This document shows, in pieces, positions 19,801-27,628 of a DNA stretch of 64,000 nt. The stretch is taken from the IMG/VR virus record IMGVR_UViG_3300037789_000070, positions 138,576 to 202,575 of that record. One strand, 5' to 3'. Source of the DNA: a virus (taxonomy: Duplodnaviria > Heunggongvirae > Uroviricota > Caudoviricetes). Both the position numbers and the translations under genes were made by a program. The stretch's first letter is position 1. Every line of letters begins with the position of its first letter. The notes beneath the pieces were generated by a model. The model was not told where the DNA came from. It made no database searches and saw only the letters and a program-made list of their open reading frames with translations.

Positions 19801-22800
19801 AAGTAGTACAAGATGCCGGTGCAGATGCTGGTAGACAGCTATCACAAGCATTAGTAGATCAAGGTCTTGGTCAGAGTATTGCTGATATTGTTGGTACTGC
19901 TAACACCGCTGCTGAATTTACTCCTGTAGCTGGGAATAATGTCAATAACTGGGAAACTGAATTTAGCACATCTGAAAATGCGGCTATTATTAATATCCAT
20001 TTTGATAAGACGAATAAACGTCTATATTTCACACAGAAAACGGTTAACGGACACACTGGCCTTTCAGAACTAGATGTTTCTGTAGAAATTTTTGGCAATC
20101 TAATAAACTCATTTACCAATGTTTCAAAAGGAACAACCATTTCTGATAATGGTGGTGGAATTGATTTTTCTACTGAGAATGAATACGGACCAAATGGTTT
20201 CAGATGGACCGAAAATATTTCAGGTGTTTCGACAGAACAGGCATACTTTACATTAAACGAAACTCCTTCTGAGTTAACAGTGTTTAGTATTAGGGTAACT
20301 AACTGGACTACCGCAGATTCAAATGCAAAAAGAATTCTCGCGTTTGGTGACAGTGCAGTAATTGTCAATCCTAACGGAACCTTTAAGCTACTCGGAACAA
20401 TAGCCGATGGAACCGATCTTGATGTATTGATCATGAAGAATGCTCCGGCCTCTGCTGGTGCAGACGTCACGGCCCCAAGAGCCGCTATAAAAATAAACTA
20501 TGTAGATTATTCGTCAAGTAATTCTGGTGAAGCGTATATTCATGGTTTTGGTTCTGATGGTCAGCCTGCGGATGTTCCGGCTAAAATATTAGTTGGTGGG
20601 TCAGAAGTATCACTCGATCAATTAGCATATAGATCAATCTATACCAGTCAGCCATCAACTGCCGGATATATCATCTTAGATTCCGGACTGAGTAATAAAT
20701 TTGATGTCGAGTTTGGGGGCAATACTCAGGCTAGAAGTGTTGTCTTTGCTAAGAAAGAAAATAGTACTTGGTTTTATGACGATAACGATTCTAATTGGAC
20801 TTCATTTACTCCAACATCTACTGATGTGGTTATTGGTACACTAGTAACGACTAGCGGTGATATAATAGCTTCTGCTGATATTTGGGCCTACCCAATGTCT
20901 CTGGATGTTATTTCGGAGGCTGGTGCCACCAACAGTAAGAATTTTATTTCAACAACTGCACCAGCAAATAATACTACCAACAATCTCCATATAGGTGATA
21001 TATGGATCGATTCTGATGACGGGAATAAACAGTATCGTTGGGATGGTTCTTCTTGGGTTAATGTTCAAGATGCTGGTGCCACTGCTGGTTCCGACCTTAT
21101 CACTGCATTAGAAAATGCCAATCTTGGTCAAGACATTGTTTCATTCGTTACCAGTTCTAATCTTGCAGCAGAAACCCCGCCAATCGGTTCAGTTAATGTT
21201 GTTAGATGGTGGGAGAGTCCATTTGTAGGTTCCGATGAAGGTACTCTATTAAGAGTTAGAGTGAATAAATCCACAAAACAAGTAGAAATACTTCATTCCG
21301 GCTTGACTGGACACACTGGAACTGCGGTTGCAGATATTGAATTTAAAGTTTCTGGAAACACTATTTCTTCGATTGATCAGAATAACGCAGAAGATATCAT
21401 TACCTCTATTCCAGCAGGAATAGATTTCAATACGGAAGATCAATGGGGTCCTAATGGAGTTAGGTGGAAAGAAAGCGTAACTGCTATTGAAAGCGATTCT
21501 ATCATTCTGACTTTAACAAATGCTATCGGTGCAGGAACGATATTCACATTAAGAGTTAGAGAACATTCCGTTGGTTCTGGTTCCTCATTCTTGGCAATGG
21601 GCAGTGAATTAATACTTACTGATTACATCACACCGACACAGTTTGTGTTTAATACCACGGATAGTACGGACCAAGACGTTTTAGTAATGCAGAATGCCCC
21701 TGCTCAAGCGGGAGCTACCAATACTAAAATATTAAAGCAGGACGATGCTCCTGTTCAAGCCACTGATGGTAATGGAAACCGTTATCTTCATGATGGCGAC
21801 TTATGGTTCGACACGGATGATGGGAATATTGTCAGAAGATGGGACGATCCAGATGATGACGGGAACGGTGTATGGCAGTTGGTCAGGGACGAAGGCGCTG
21901 TAATCGGTTCTGAACTTGAAAGCAATCTTTCAAATATTGGTAGAAACATAGCCGATCTTGTTGACGTTACTAAAGCAGAAGCAGCTATTAATGTCGCCGA
22001 TTGGTCTGGTACATTCACCCCAAATGGTGATGGACATAAATTCCATATTAGAGTTTTAAAAAATAGTAAAGAAGTGAGAATTTCTTGGGCAGGGGTAGGA
22101 AGTACATCTGCTTCAAAAACTATTAGAGGCGAGTTTGAAGTCATAGGAAATACTATTTCTTCATTCAATTCAAATACTTTTGATAGTTCGTATCCTGACA
22201 ATGGAACTGTCACCTTCCCTTGGTCAGAAACCGAATACGGAACGAATGGTGTTAATTTTGAAGAAACAACCTCTTCTGGGGAAGATTTATGTATAATCAC
22301 TCTGACCGATGCCATCGATGAAAATACTCAATTCAGATTAGCTATAATATCAGTAGATGATCCGGAAGCGAATGAACATAATTATCTAGTATTTGGTGAT
22401 ACGCCGTTTATTAGAGATATAAATGCACCTATTCAAACTGTTCTTTATACAAGCGATAGTACTGACTATGATGTGTTAGCTATGAAGAACGCACCAGCAG
22501 AAGCCGGTGCTACCAATAGTAAAAACTTTGTTCAAGATGATGCACCAACAAATCCTGCTGATGACATTCATATCGGAGATCTTTGGATTGACACCGATAA
22601 TGGAAACCAAATCAGTAGATGGGATGGCTCTCAATGGACACTTTATAGAGATGCTGGTGCTCAGGCTGGTTCCGACCTATTAAGCCAAATTGACACATTA
22701 GGAATAGACAATAGCCTAGCTGAATTTGTGACAAACATAACAGATTCTTCTAAGAAAATTGACTACTCAGTTGAAAATGTGAATGATTGGTCATCATATT

Positions 22801-25007
22801 ATTCGATGACTAGTAGAGCATCCGTTCTCAGAACAAGAGCTACAAAAAATAATGGCAACTTGTTTGTGTCCTTGGCCGGAACAGGAGGTCATACGGGAAC
22901 CACTACGGTTAAGGGTGAAATAGAAATATTTGGGGATAGTATCAGTGATGTGAATAGTGTCACATTAACTGATACGGATAATGGGGGTAATATCGATTTT
23001 TCTACCGCCTCTCCTGCGGTTGGTAATGTCGTATGGGGTCCCAATGGCCTCCTATTCACGATTGAGATTACTAACGTCACTGATGATGAATTTGTGATCG
23101 AGTTAAATTCTAGTTCTATCACAGAAGATATTAAATTTGCACTAAGAATACGTGAATTTACCGACACAGATACTGATGCTGTTTCTGCTCTGTCATTTGG
23201 TGACAGAACCACTATTATAGAAAATCCAGATAGACCTTTTAATGTCACATTCGGTGTAATCGATTCTTCTGATTATGATGTTTTGGTGATGCAAAACGCT
23301 CCGGCAGAAGCTGGTGCAGACGTCACTGGAAATAATACATCTCAAGACACAGAGAATGTTGGAGGTACGCCTGCGCTGGATGTTGCACAAGGTTCCGGTA
23401 ATAGTTTTGCACATGATTTCGAAACCCTTGAATTGACACTTTGGTCAACCACAGGGTTCACAGTAACCGCATCAACCGGTGACAAATATTCTGGAACCCA
23501 GTCTGCTAAAATCAGTACTAATGGAGCGGACCCAATTTCAGCAACTGAACCTAAGTTGATTATCTCAGATAGTTTCTCTTCACAATTTTCAGAAGAAAAA
23601 GTGAAGGTGTCATTCTGGGAAAAACAAGTATCTGGTGAAGAGCCGAATGGCCAAACACGAGTTCGTTTATTGACCAACTCTTCAATTGATACCGTTGGAA
23701 GTATTTCTTTCACTCCGTCCGCATCATGGACTAAGAGGACCTTTACCGGAACTTTCCCAGTATGGTCTGGAGGTGAGACTGACATCAGGATTTATCCTGA
23801 CTTAGGAGCAATAAACGGAGATACTACTTCTGTTTTGATTGATAGAATTTCTATTGAAACAGTTGCCAAGGAAAGCGATCTTACTGCTACCCTCTTAAAT
23901 GGTGCTGGCGCACTTATTCAACAGACCGTTATTTCTAAGGCTCAGAGTTCTGCCACTTTATCTATATTCAATGGTTCTGATCCGGGCGTATGGAAAACCG
24001 TAGGAGCGTCAGTTGATATTAATTGCACAGGCGATGACCCAGTATCAATCGAAGGTAACTTAGATTTCAATATTACCCAAATAAATGATAATTCAGGATT
24101 TACAAACCAATTATTCAGATCAACAGATGGTAGTTGGTCTGGTGGTTCTGGCTGGTCTTACTCGGGTAACTATGGCGGTGTGTGGTATGGTAACGCTTCT
24201 ACTAATCCGTTATATTTGACAATTGGAGGATTAAATACGTCCCACACATATGCCATTATTATAGATTTTATCTCGTATAACACCAGCACTTTCAGTTCAT
24301 GTACTGTGTCTGCTTCTAATTTTGTATTTAGTCCGGGTTCTCCAGATCAACAAAGTGCTTCACATACTAGTTCTTCTACGAGTTTAACTAAAACGATGAC
24401 TTTTGTAGGAAGACCTACAAGTTCAAGTGTCGTCTTAACTTTCCAAGCTAATACCTATTATGGGTTTATTGAAAAAGTGAGAGTAGTAAGAAGTTATGCA
24501 GGTTCTTTTGGCGCTCCATTATCTGCTCCTCAAGGTGGACCGGGTGGACCGAAGTTGAAATGGAGAATGACTAGAAACGGGACTCCAATTTATGAGAGCA
24601 GTCTCATGCAAGTTAGTGGTGCTGGTCAAGTAGTTTCCCCCCTTGTTACCGTTCTAGATGAAACGCCACCCGCTGGAACTAATACCTATGCGGTCGATAT
24701 GTGGTGGGAAAAGGCTACTTATTCGGGCGGAACCATTCTAGAATATGATGTAGGTTGGGATGAAACTTCTGTCATTGTTGGGAGTGGCACTCAGTGGACA
24801 TCTAATATTGCTCCGGGCTGGAGCATGAACGGTTGGAATGGAATAGTGGCTTCTGTAATTTCTGACACTATGTTGATTTATGACGCTCAGGGGGCTTCGG
24901 GAGAAGGGGGTTCATTTAGTTACACGATGACTGCCGAAACAAATGCATTGGCCATAACTAAAACAAGTCACTCTTTAACGGCAATAGAATATAGGAATGG
25001 AGGATAA
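13887..25007 (+). CDS. giant tail-fibre / host-recognition protein (3706 aa) with nested repeats
   Basis: Uninterrupted 11.1-kb ORF. N-terminus GTVVSAEWLNDVQENIMAIL is the usual fibre N-terminal anchor type. About 18 copies of a ~60-aa repeat (...GDLWFDTDDGNKxYRWNGSxW...AATAQSTADGKI...). Seven ~265-aa super-modules delimited by DVLxMxNAPAxAGA(T/D). G/S/T/N-rich. Confidence 0.85.
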   Translation: MHRIDSEGNVSNQFSAGNESVKGTVVSAEWLNDVQENIMAILSAAGITATKGRSADLLDSINKLISQGAGNDLADIDALRALTGTAATAAVIRVLDSDGSGNADYWFRDPVDESTPDDGSTVIVDVDGNRWRKQITGAWIPYATGETLESLKPAEGGADVTGNNTSANTLLVGSTPAATVESGSLVGNEISTHLSANNFVTSIADLVAQTEESVENVVFNGLNVNNWNSSWSPTDRSVAFNLRVNKATRTLTVRFSGHSGHTGASAIKLEIEVSGNTVASYSNLTANNILSNKGSNVDFAADNNVYGPNGFVWSEGLTNTADDQFNIVLTDTVTNLTSFRIRLVTFSTDDGSAKKYISFGDTPIISNPSIPIQLVVSPDDTSEHDVLLMQNAPADAGATNRKIFTRTSAPSNPGDDLHEGDLWFDTDDGNRQYHWNGSSWVEVRDSGAQAGSDLISNNGITIDPSSLGGVYGGDLVYSDDTSLEDLKPAEGGAQVFTGKSITELTDTTADNISTGSGSVQDIIDGLKLPSNGGFERGTAGSQEIPEAWFRSGFYSTSRTEYYSDSPSDTSFGSQLSYGAENATQNGGSVGWWRIGKKFQAGNTGDTLSISARVKPKTFNVPASISNTPGSTSYFTVSDAYIRIAFFEADGTLISTHNSNSLSQQVYDNGNISLPYNVTDTWIPDALTYSMTVPANTFRVDVWLVAVGSSDALSSLGLETGDGVVKFDDFTWSYTGEMREVSEATWASEPGATHGAEWGTNISGQPNDSDLLNSQQLWSDISGTGKPADNATNTKIFDQTSAPSNPGDDLHEGDIWFDTDDNNHLYRWNGSSWVSLRDGGIAQAINDAATALSSTAAGSLTAYKSPTEPIGRSDGDLWFDTSDGNKLYRYNFSTPQILSGNDRYFSSGIGNWSDTSAGAGGSASVDGVDEELDIVSDGVDYGQATISITTEAETEYELKFDVSGGGNDCSVRVGTTSGDNDVHNETFTTGNAKTERVYFTTGVGETTVYVSIRNDENQTISIDEVTVRKTGVWEATDDTRIADAITAAATAQSTADGKIETFFTTSTPTATAVGDLWWNTNTNIMSRWNGSIWETASIVGTSQLTDDAKLKTRIFAQDAEPTADSVGDIWFDTDDGNKTYRWGGASWVAVQDESITQALSDAAAAQSTADSKVELFKQDDEPLSGMSSGDIWIDTNDGNKIYTYDGADWTETSDSRIAQAINDAATAQSTADGKITAFLDESEPTAEGIGDLWFKPSTQVTRRWDGSTWELYSVTLTSKLTDDAGLKTHIFRQDTAPAEPGDTINNGDLWIDTDDDNHLYWWDGTQWTTARDEQIQAALDAASTAQSTADGKIEVFYGNTPPIGGVEGDLWFDEDDGNKQYRHNGSTWVEFADSRIGSLVSDLTTVQGTLDGKVSFFFGGSTPTAEAIGDLWYDEDDGRIRRWNGSEWIVVSTNSRPYLSDTEPSSPTYTLYAGDLWYDTDDGNKPYYWDGTQWVLIRDGGITEAFNAAVAAQSTADGKIAAFIQPAEPNSGMEEGDFWYDTDNGNRVYRYDGSDWVEVSDTRISQAISDAATAQATADGKIETFLTSNNTPPALPSEGDLWYDSGTELFKRWNGSSWETVSNSFSNTSQLVDDANLGQTALWASVTGADKPADNATNSKVLIGPTEPDTDLHEGDIWYDSSDGQKMHRYDGSDWIEVTDDGAAAGRDLLAALQAAGLNQSVADIVSTSNRAAETLPLTGVNINDWSEIYGGGGRRGIFLSFAIDRDPTSPTYKRCTIGLYGRNNHTGDGSVDLELEVYNNTIDTFSSNTFDGSITEKSGGLDFTESGNTFWGPNGLVTSQSMTDAVDDVAYFTLTNAPDQSTTFRLRVRELETTDTSGVAFVTLGDKPVVADVPTPFQFIFSPSDSTDLDVLIMANAPAQAGATNTKFFRQDDAPVNPGADLHDGDIWVDTNDGNKLYRWSGSDNGGTDEWQVVQDAGADAGRQLSQALVDQGLGQSIADIVGTANTAAEFTPVAGNNVNNWETEFSTSENAAIINIHFDKTNKRLYFTQKTVNGHTGLSELDVSVEIFGNLINSFTNVSKGTTISDNGGGIDFSTENEYGPNGFRWTENISGVSTEQAYFTLNETPSELTVFSIRVTNWTTADSNAKRILAFGDSAVIVNPNGTFKLLGTIADGTDLDVLIMKNAPASAGADVTAPRAAIKINYVDYSSSNSGEAYIHGFGSDGQPADVPAKILVGGSEVSLDQLAYRSIYTSQPSTAGYIILDSGLSNKFDVEFGGNTQARSVVFAKKENSTWFYDDNDSNWTSFTPTSTDVVIGTLVTTSGDIIASADIWAYPMSLDVISEAGATNSKNFISTTAPANNTTNNLHIGDIWIDSDDGNKQYRWDGSSWVNVQDAGATAGSDLITALENANLGQDIVSFVTSSNLAAETPPIGSVNVVRWWESPFVGSDEGTLLRVRVNKSTKQVEILHSGLTGHTGTAVADIEFKVSGNTISSIDQNNAEDIITSIPAGIDFNTEDQWGPNGVRWKESVTAIESDSIILTLTNAIGAGTIFTLRVREHSVGSGSSFLAMGSELILTDYITPTQFVFNTTDSTDQDVLVMQNAPAQAGATNTKILKQDDAPVQATDGNGNRYLHDGDLWFDTDDGNIVRRWDDPDDDGNGVWQLVRDEGAVIGSELESNLSNIGRNIADLVDVTKAEAAINVADWSGTFTPNGDGHKFHIRVLKNSKEVRISWAGVGSTSASKTIRGEFEVIGNTISSFNSNTFDSSYPDNGTVTFPWSETEYGTNGVNFEETTSSGEDLCIITLTDAIDENTQFRLAIISVDDPEANEHNYLVFGDTPFIRDINAPIQTVLYTSDSTDYDVLAMKNAPAEAGATNSKNFVQDDAPTNPADDIHIGDLWIDTDNGNQISRWDGSQWTLYRDAGAQAGSDLLSQIDTLGIDNSLAEFVTNITDSSKKIDYSVENVNDWSSYYSMTSRASVLRTRATKNNGNLFVSLAGTGGHTGTTTVKGEIEIFGDSISDVNSVTLTDTDNGGNIDFSTASPAVGNVVWGPNGLLFTIEITNVTDDEFVIELNSSSITEDIKFALRIREFTDTDTDAVSALSFGDRTTIIENPDRPFNVTFGVIDSSDYDVLVMQNAPAEAGADVTGNNTSQDTENVGGTPALDVAQGSGNSFAHDFETLELTLWSTTGFTVTASTGDKYSGTQSAKISTNGADPISATEPKLIISDSFSSQFSEEKVKVSFWEKQVSGEEPNGQTRVRLLTNSSIDTVGSISFTPSASWTKRTFTGTFPVWSGGETDIRIYPDLGAINGDTTSVLIDRISIETVAKESDLTATLLNGAGALIQQTVISKAQSSATLSIFNGSDPGVWKTVGASVDINCTGDDPVSIEGNLDFNITQINDNSGFTNQLFRSTDGSWSGGSGWSYSGNYGGVWYGNASTNPLYLTIGGLNTSHTYAIIIDFISYNTSTFSSCTVSASNFVFSPGSPDQQSASHTSSSTSLTKTMTFVGRPTSSSVVLTFQANTYYGFIEKVRVVRSYAGSFGAPLSAPQGGPGGPKLKWRMTRNGTPIYESSLMQVSGAGQVVSPLVTVLDETPPAGTNTYAVDMWWEKATYSGGTILEYDVGWDETSVIVGSGTQWTSNIAPGWSMNGWNGIVASVISDTMLIYDAQGASGEGGSFSYTMTAETNALAITKTSHSLTAIEYRNGG
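16270..19000 (+). repeat. dense in-frame array of at least 13 ~60-aa WxDTDDGN-type coding repeats
   Basis: Copies of G-D-(L/I)-W-(F/Y/I)-D-T-D-D-G-N-x-x-Y-R-W-x-G-S-x-W recur about every 180 nt. Confidence 0.75.
19612..23330 (+). repeat. about five ~800-bp (~265-aa) coding super-repeat modules inside the fibre gene
   Basis: Boundary motif GATGT(A/T)TT(G/A)(A/G)T(A/C/G)ATG...GCTCC at about 19612, 20421, 21674, 22469 and 23275, encoding DVL(I/V/A)M(A/K/Q)NAPA. Confidence 0.65.
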
Positions 25008-25462
25008 TGGAAAAGATAAAATCTCATGTATATGTTCTTACAGATGAGCACCATCGCGGCATTGAAAGGAAATTCACTCCTGTTGATCCGGGAGAAAAAT
25101 GGTTGAAATTAGACAGAGAACAAAATGATTTAACACGAACTAGATTCGAATCATTTAAGTATTTTCCAGATGGAACAATTGAAAAAATTCCAGAAGTAGA
25201 AATAGTGGTTTCTGGTATACGCGTTGAAGTGGGACAAGAATTTTCCGTTTATGTTAAGGCTAAGGGAGATTTAGGCGAAAAAGAAACGGTAGGGATCAAT
25301 GTTTCAGGAACTCACTATGATTTAGAGCCATCAGAAGACTTAATTATTATTGAGGCAGAAAGTGGAGTTTACACTATAATGTTAGAAGACCCGGAAGTTT
25401 GGGCAGAGCAAACCTCTTTTTCAGTAATGACCCTGCTTCCTGAAAGTGGAGAAGAAGGGTGA
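25007..25462 (+). CDS. hypothetical protein, translationally coupled to the fibre gene (fibre accessory/chaperone?)
   Basis: ATG overlaps the fibre stop (TAATG), with GGAGGA upstream. Confidence 0.55.
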   Translation: MEKIKSHVYVLTDEHHRGIERKFTPVDPGEKWLKLDREQNDLTRTRFESFKYFPDGTIEKIPEVEIVVSGIRVEVGQEFSVYVKAKGDLGEKETVGINVSGTHYDLEPSEDLIIIEAESGVYTIMLEDPEVWAEQTSFSVMTLLPESGEEG

Positions 25463-25716
25463 TTTATTACCATAACTACAACAGAAAAGCCTTTTATGGT
25501 ATTGAAAGTATTGGTGGGCTTGTTGTTCGAAATGCTGGCAGAACCGTCTATAAAACAGTAGAAAAGGCATTGGAAAACTTATCGGAAGGACATTCTGTTT
25601 TTATGTTTGAGGACGAGGACGAAAAGATTTTATGGTCCAATGATGATAATGAAATTGGAGAATTAAAAGAGCCAGTCGTTCTTTTGGAGGAAGTTAAACT
25701 AAATGAAAACAATTAA
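25459..25716 (+). CDS. hypothetical protein (85 aa)
   Basis: ORF overlapping both neighbours. Confidence 0.5.
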   Translation: MIYYHNYNRKAFYGIESIGGLVVRNAGRTVYKTVEKALENLSEGHSVFMFEDEDEKILWSNDDNEIGELKEPVVLLEEVKLNENN

Positions 25717-26368
25717 ACATAGTGGCTCGCCTACCCCTACTTCGTCAGGAAATTCTTCTTCACTAGATACTACTCCGGGTTTAACAGCTTCTCAAAGCTG
25801 GGAACTTCTTTGTGCAGTTCAGTCAGACATGAGACGTTCCAGTAAATCTATTGATGAACTTAAGGATGTGTCAAAAAGTACATTAGAAGTTTTACAGGAG
25901 ATGGCTCGCGGTATCAGGACCTTAGTTGGTGAAAGTGAAAAGTTAACCGCTAAGGTAGAAGACATGAACAGTCGGCTCGATGGTCTTGTTTCTGCTACTA
26001 GTGAATTGGTTGAAGAGAATACAAAAGCTACCAAAGCAATTCAACAGGCAGTGACCGATAACGCAAACACTTCATTAGATATTCTTGAGGGAATTGAAAC
26101 TCTAGTACTAACAAACCAGCAACACATTGATCAAATGTCAGGTGATGCAGAAGTTCTTATTAAGTCATCTGCTACATTAGCTATTTCACAAGTCGAAAAT
26201 CTTAAATTTGATGAGGCAGCTACCGAGGCGGAGAAGAGATTAGCCGATGATTTCAAATTTGCTGCTGAATTGAAAAAATATGTCAATGCGTTACGACAAA
26301 TTGAAATTAAAAATTCTATTACTAAAAAATATCAAGAAAAACGAGAACAATTAAAAGAAGGCAATTAG
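25703..26368 (+). CDS. hypothetical coiled-coil protein (221 aa)
   Basis: Long heptad-like stretches. Confidence 0.5.
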   Translation: MKTIKHSGSPTPTSSGNSSSLDTTPGLTASQSWELLCAVQSDMRRSSKSIDELKDVSKSTLEVLQEMARGIRTLVGESEKLTAKVEDMNSRLDGLVSATSELVEENTKATKAIQQAVTDNANTSLDILEGIETLVLTNQQHIDQMSGDAEVLIKSSATLAISQVENLKFDEAATEAEKRLADDFKFAAELKKYVNALRQIEIKNSITKKYQEKREQLKEGN

Positions 26369-26373
26369 AAAGT

Positions 26374-26907
26374 ATGACAGAACAAAGAAATGGCGATTGG
26401 TTACAGACGGCTACTGGTAAATCATTTTGGCCACTAGACCCACGACCGGAAGAAATTTGCATCGAAGATATTGCACATGCACTTTCTCATCAATGTAGAT
26501 TTAACGGACATTGTAATACATTTTACTCTGTTGCGCAGCACTCGATAATAGTATCACGTCATTGTTCTATTGAAAATCGATTGTGGGGACTACTACATGA
26601 TGCAGCAGAAGCATATGTGTGTGATATTCCAAGACCTTTGAAACCTTTTCTAAGTGGCTACAAAGAGATAGAAACGAATATATCAAACGTCATAGCAGAT
26701 CATTTCGGTCTATCACGACAAATGCCCGATGAGGTAAAGAGAATAGACAGTGCTATTCTAGCTGATGAAGCAAATCAAATTATGGCCCCACCACCTCAAG
26801 ATTGGTTTCTACCTGAACCACCACTAAATGTGACAATTTCTCCAGTTGGACCATTAGATGCCAAGTATATGTTTTTGGAAGAATTTCAAAAATTAACCGA
26901 AAATTAA
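26374..26907 (+). CDS. HD-domain phosphohydrolase (YfbR/5'-deoxynucleotidase-like)
   Basis: HALSHQCRF ... VAQHS ... LLHDAAEAYVCDIP gives the H...HD...D metal-ligand pattern. Confidence 0.75.
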   Translation: MTEQRNGDWLQTATGKSFWPLDPRPEEICIEDIAHALSHQCRFNGHCNTFYSVAQHSIIVSRHCSIENRLWGLLHDAAEAYVCDIPRPLKPFLSGYKEIETNISNVIADHFGLSRQMPDEVKRIDSAILADEANQIMAPPPQDWFLPEPPLNVTISPVGPLDAKYMFLEEFQKLTEN

Positions 26908-26915
26908 GGTAAAAA

Positions 26916-27296
26916 ATGTTTATGGAATTTATTACTCTGCTGTTTTTCCTAATCGCAGCACACGGGGTTGCTGACTTTGTTCTACAGAGTCGTGATATGG
27001 CTTATGGTAAAAGTAGAGCCGCAGAAGAAGAGAAGTTAGACTTATCTACGCCCATCGAAAAAACAAGAATTAAAAAAGGAATTCGTTGGTATCATTGGTT
27101 GACTAGTCATGCATTCACTCATGGTGCATTTGTCGGTCTTATCACCGGTAATGTGTTCCTAGGCATCTTTGAGACATTCGCCCATTTTTTAATAGATCAT
27201 TCTAAATGTGAGGGGAAGATAAGTTTTAACACGGATCAAGTCTTACATATTTTGTGCAAAGTGATCTATGCTATGATTATAGTTATAATTTTGTAG
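26916..27296 (+). CDS. His-rich integral membrane protein
   Basis: 3-4 predicted TM segments. Conserved-looking His in HGVADF, SHAFTHG and AHFLIDH. Confidence 0.5.
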   Translation: MFMEFITLLFFLIAAHGVADFVLQSRDMAYGKSRAAEEEKLDLSTPIEKTRIKKGIRWYHWLTSHAFTHGAFVGLITGNVFLGIFETFAHFLIDHSKCEGKISFNTDQVLHILCKVIYAMIIVIIL

Positions 27297-27307
27297 GGGT
27301 ATAATCG

Positions 27308-27628
27308 ATGAGCTATTACATTTGTTGGTGTAGTCAGTTTGAAGAAGGTGATAATCTTCCACCAGAAGACAGCATCAAAATATTAAAAACCGACTTATTT
27401 TTCCCTACAAAACCCAATGATCAGGAAGCAGTAGAAAAAGCTGCATCGATTATGTACTATGATCATGATGGCTGGGATTGGATGGAAAAAACACCTGACC
27501 TTAAATTTGGTGTTTTAAAATACGATGAAAATGATAATCCTGTTGGAGAAATTTCATATTTCGAAATAAACATGGAATACGAAATTGATTTCTTTGCGAG
27601 TGAAATAGGTTGTGAAGAGGATGATTAA
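27308..27628 (+). CDS. hypothetical acidic protein (106 aa)
   Basis: ORF. Confidence 0.5.
   Translation: MSYYICWCSQFEEGDNLPPEDSIKILKTDLFFPTKPNDQEAVEKAASIMYYDHDGWDWMEKTPDLKFGVLKYDENDNPVGEISYFEINMEYEIDFFASEIGCEEDD

Noticed and set aside
13988-23785. Fifteen minus-strand ORFs (60-199 aa) inside the 11.1-kb plus-strand gene.
   Set aside because: Antisense shadow ORFs of a G/S/T-rich gene, with no RBS or start context. The sense ORF is uninterrupted.
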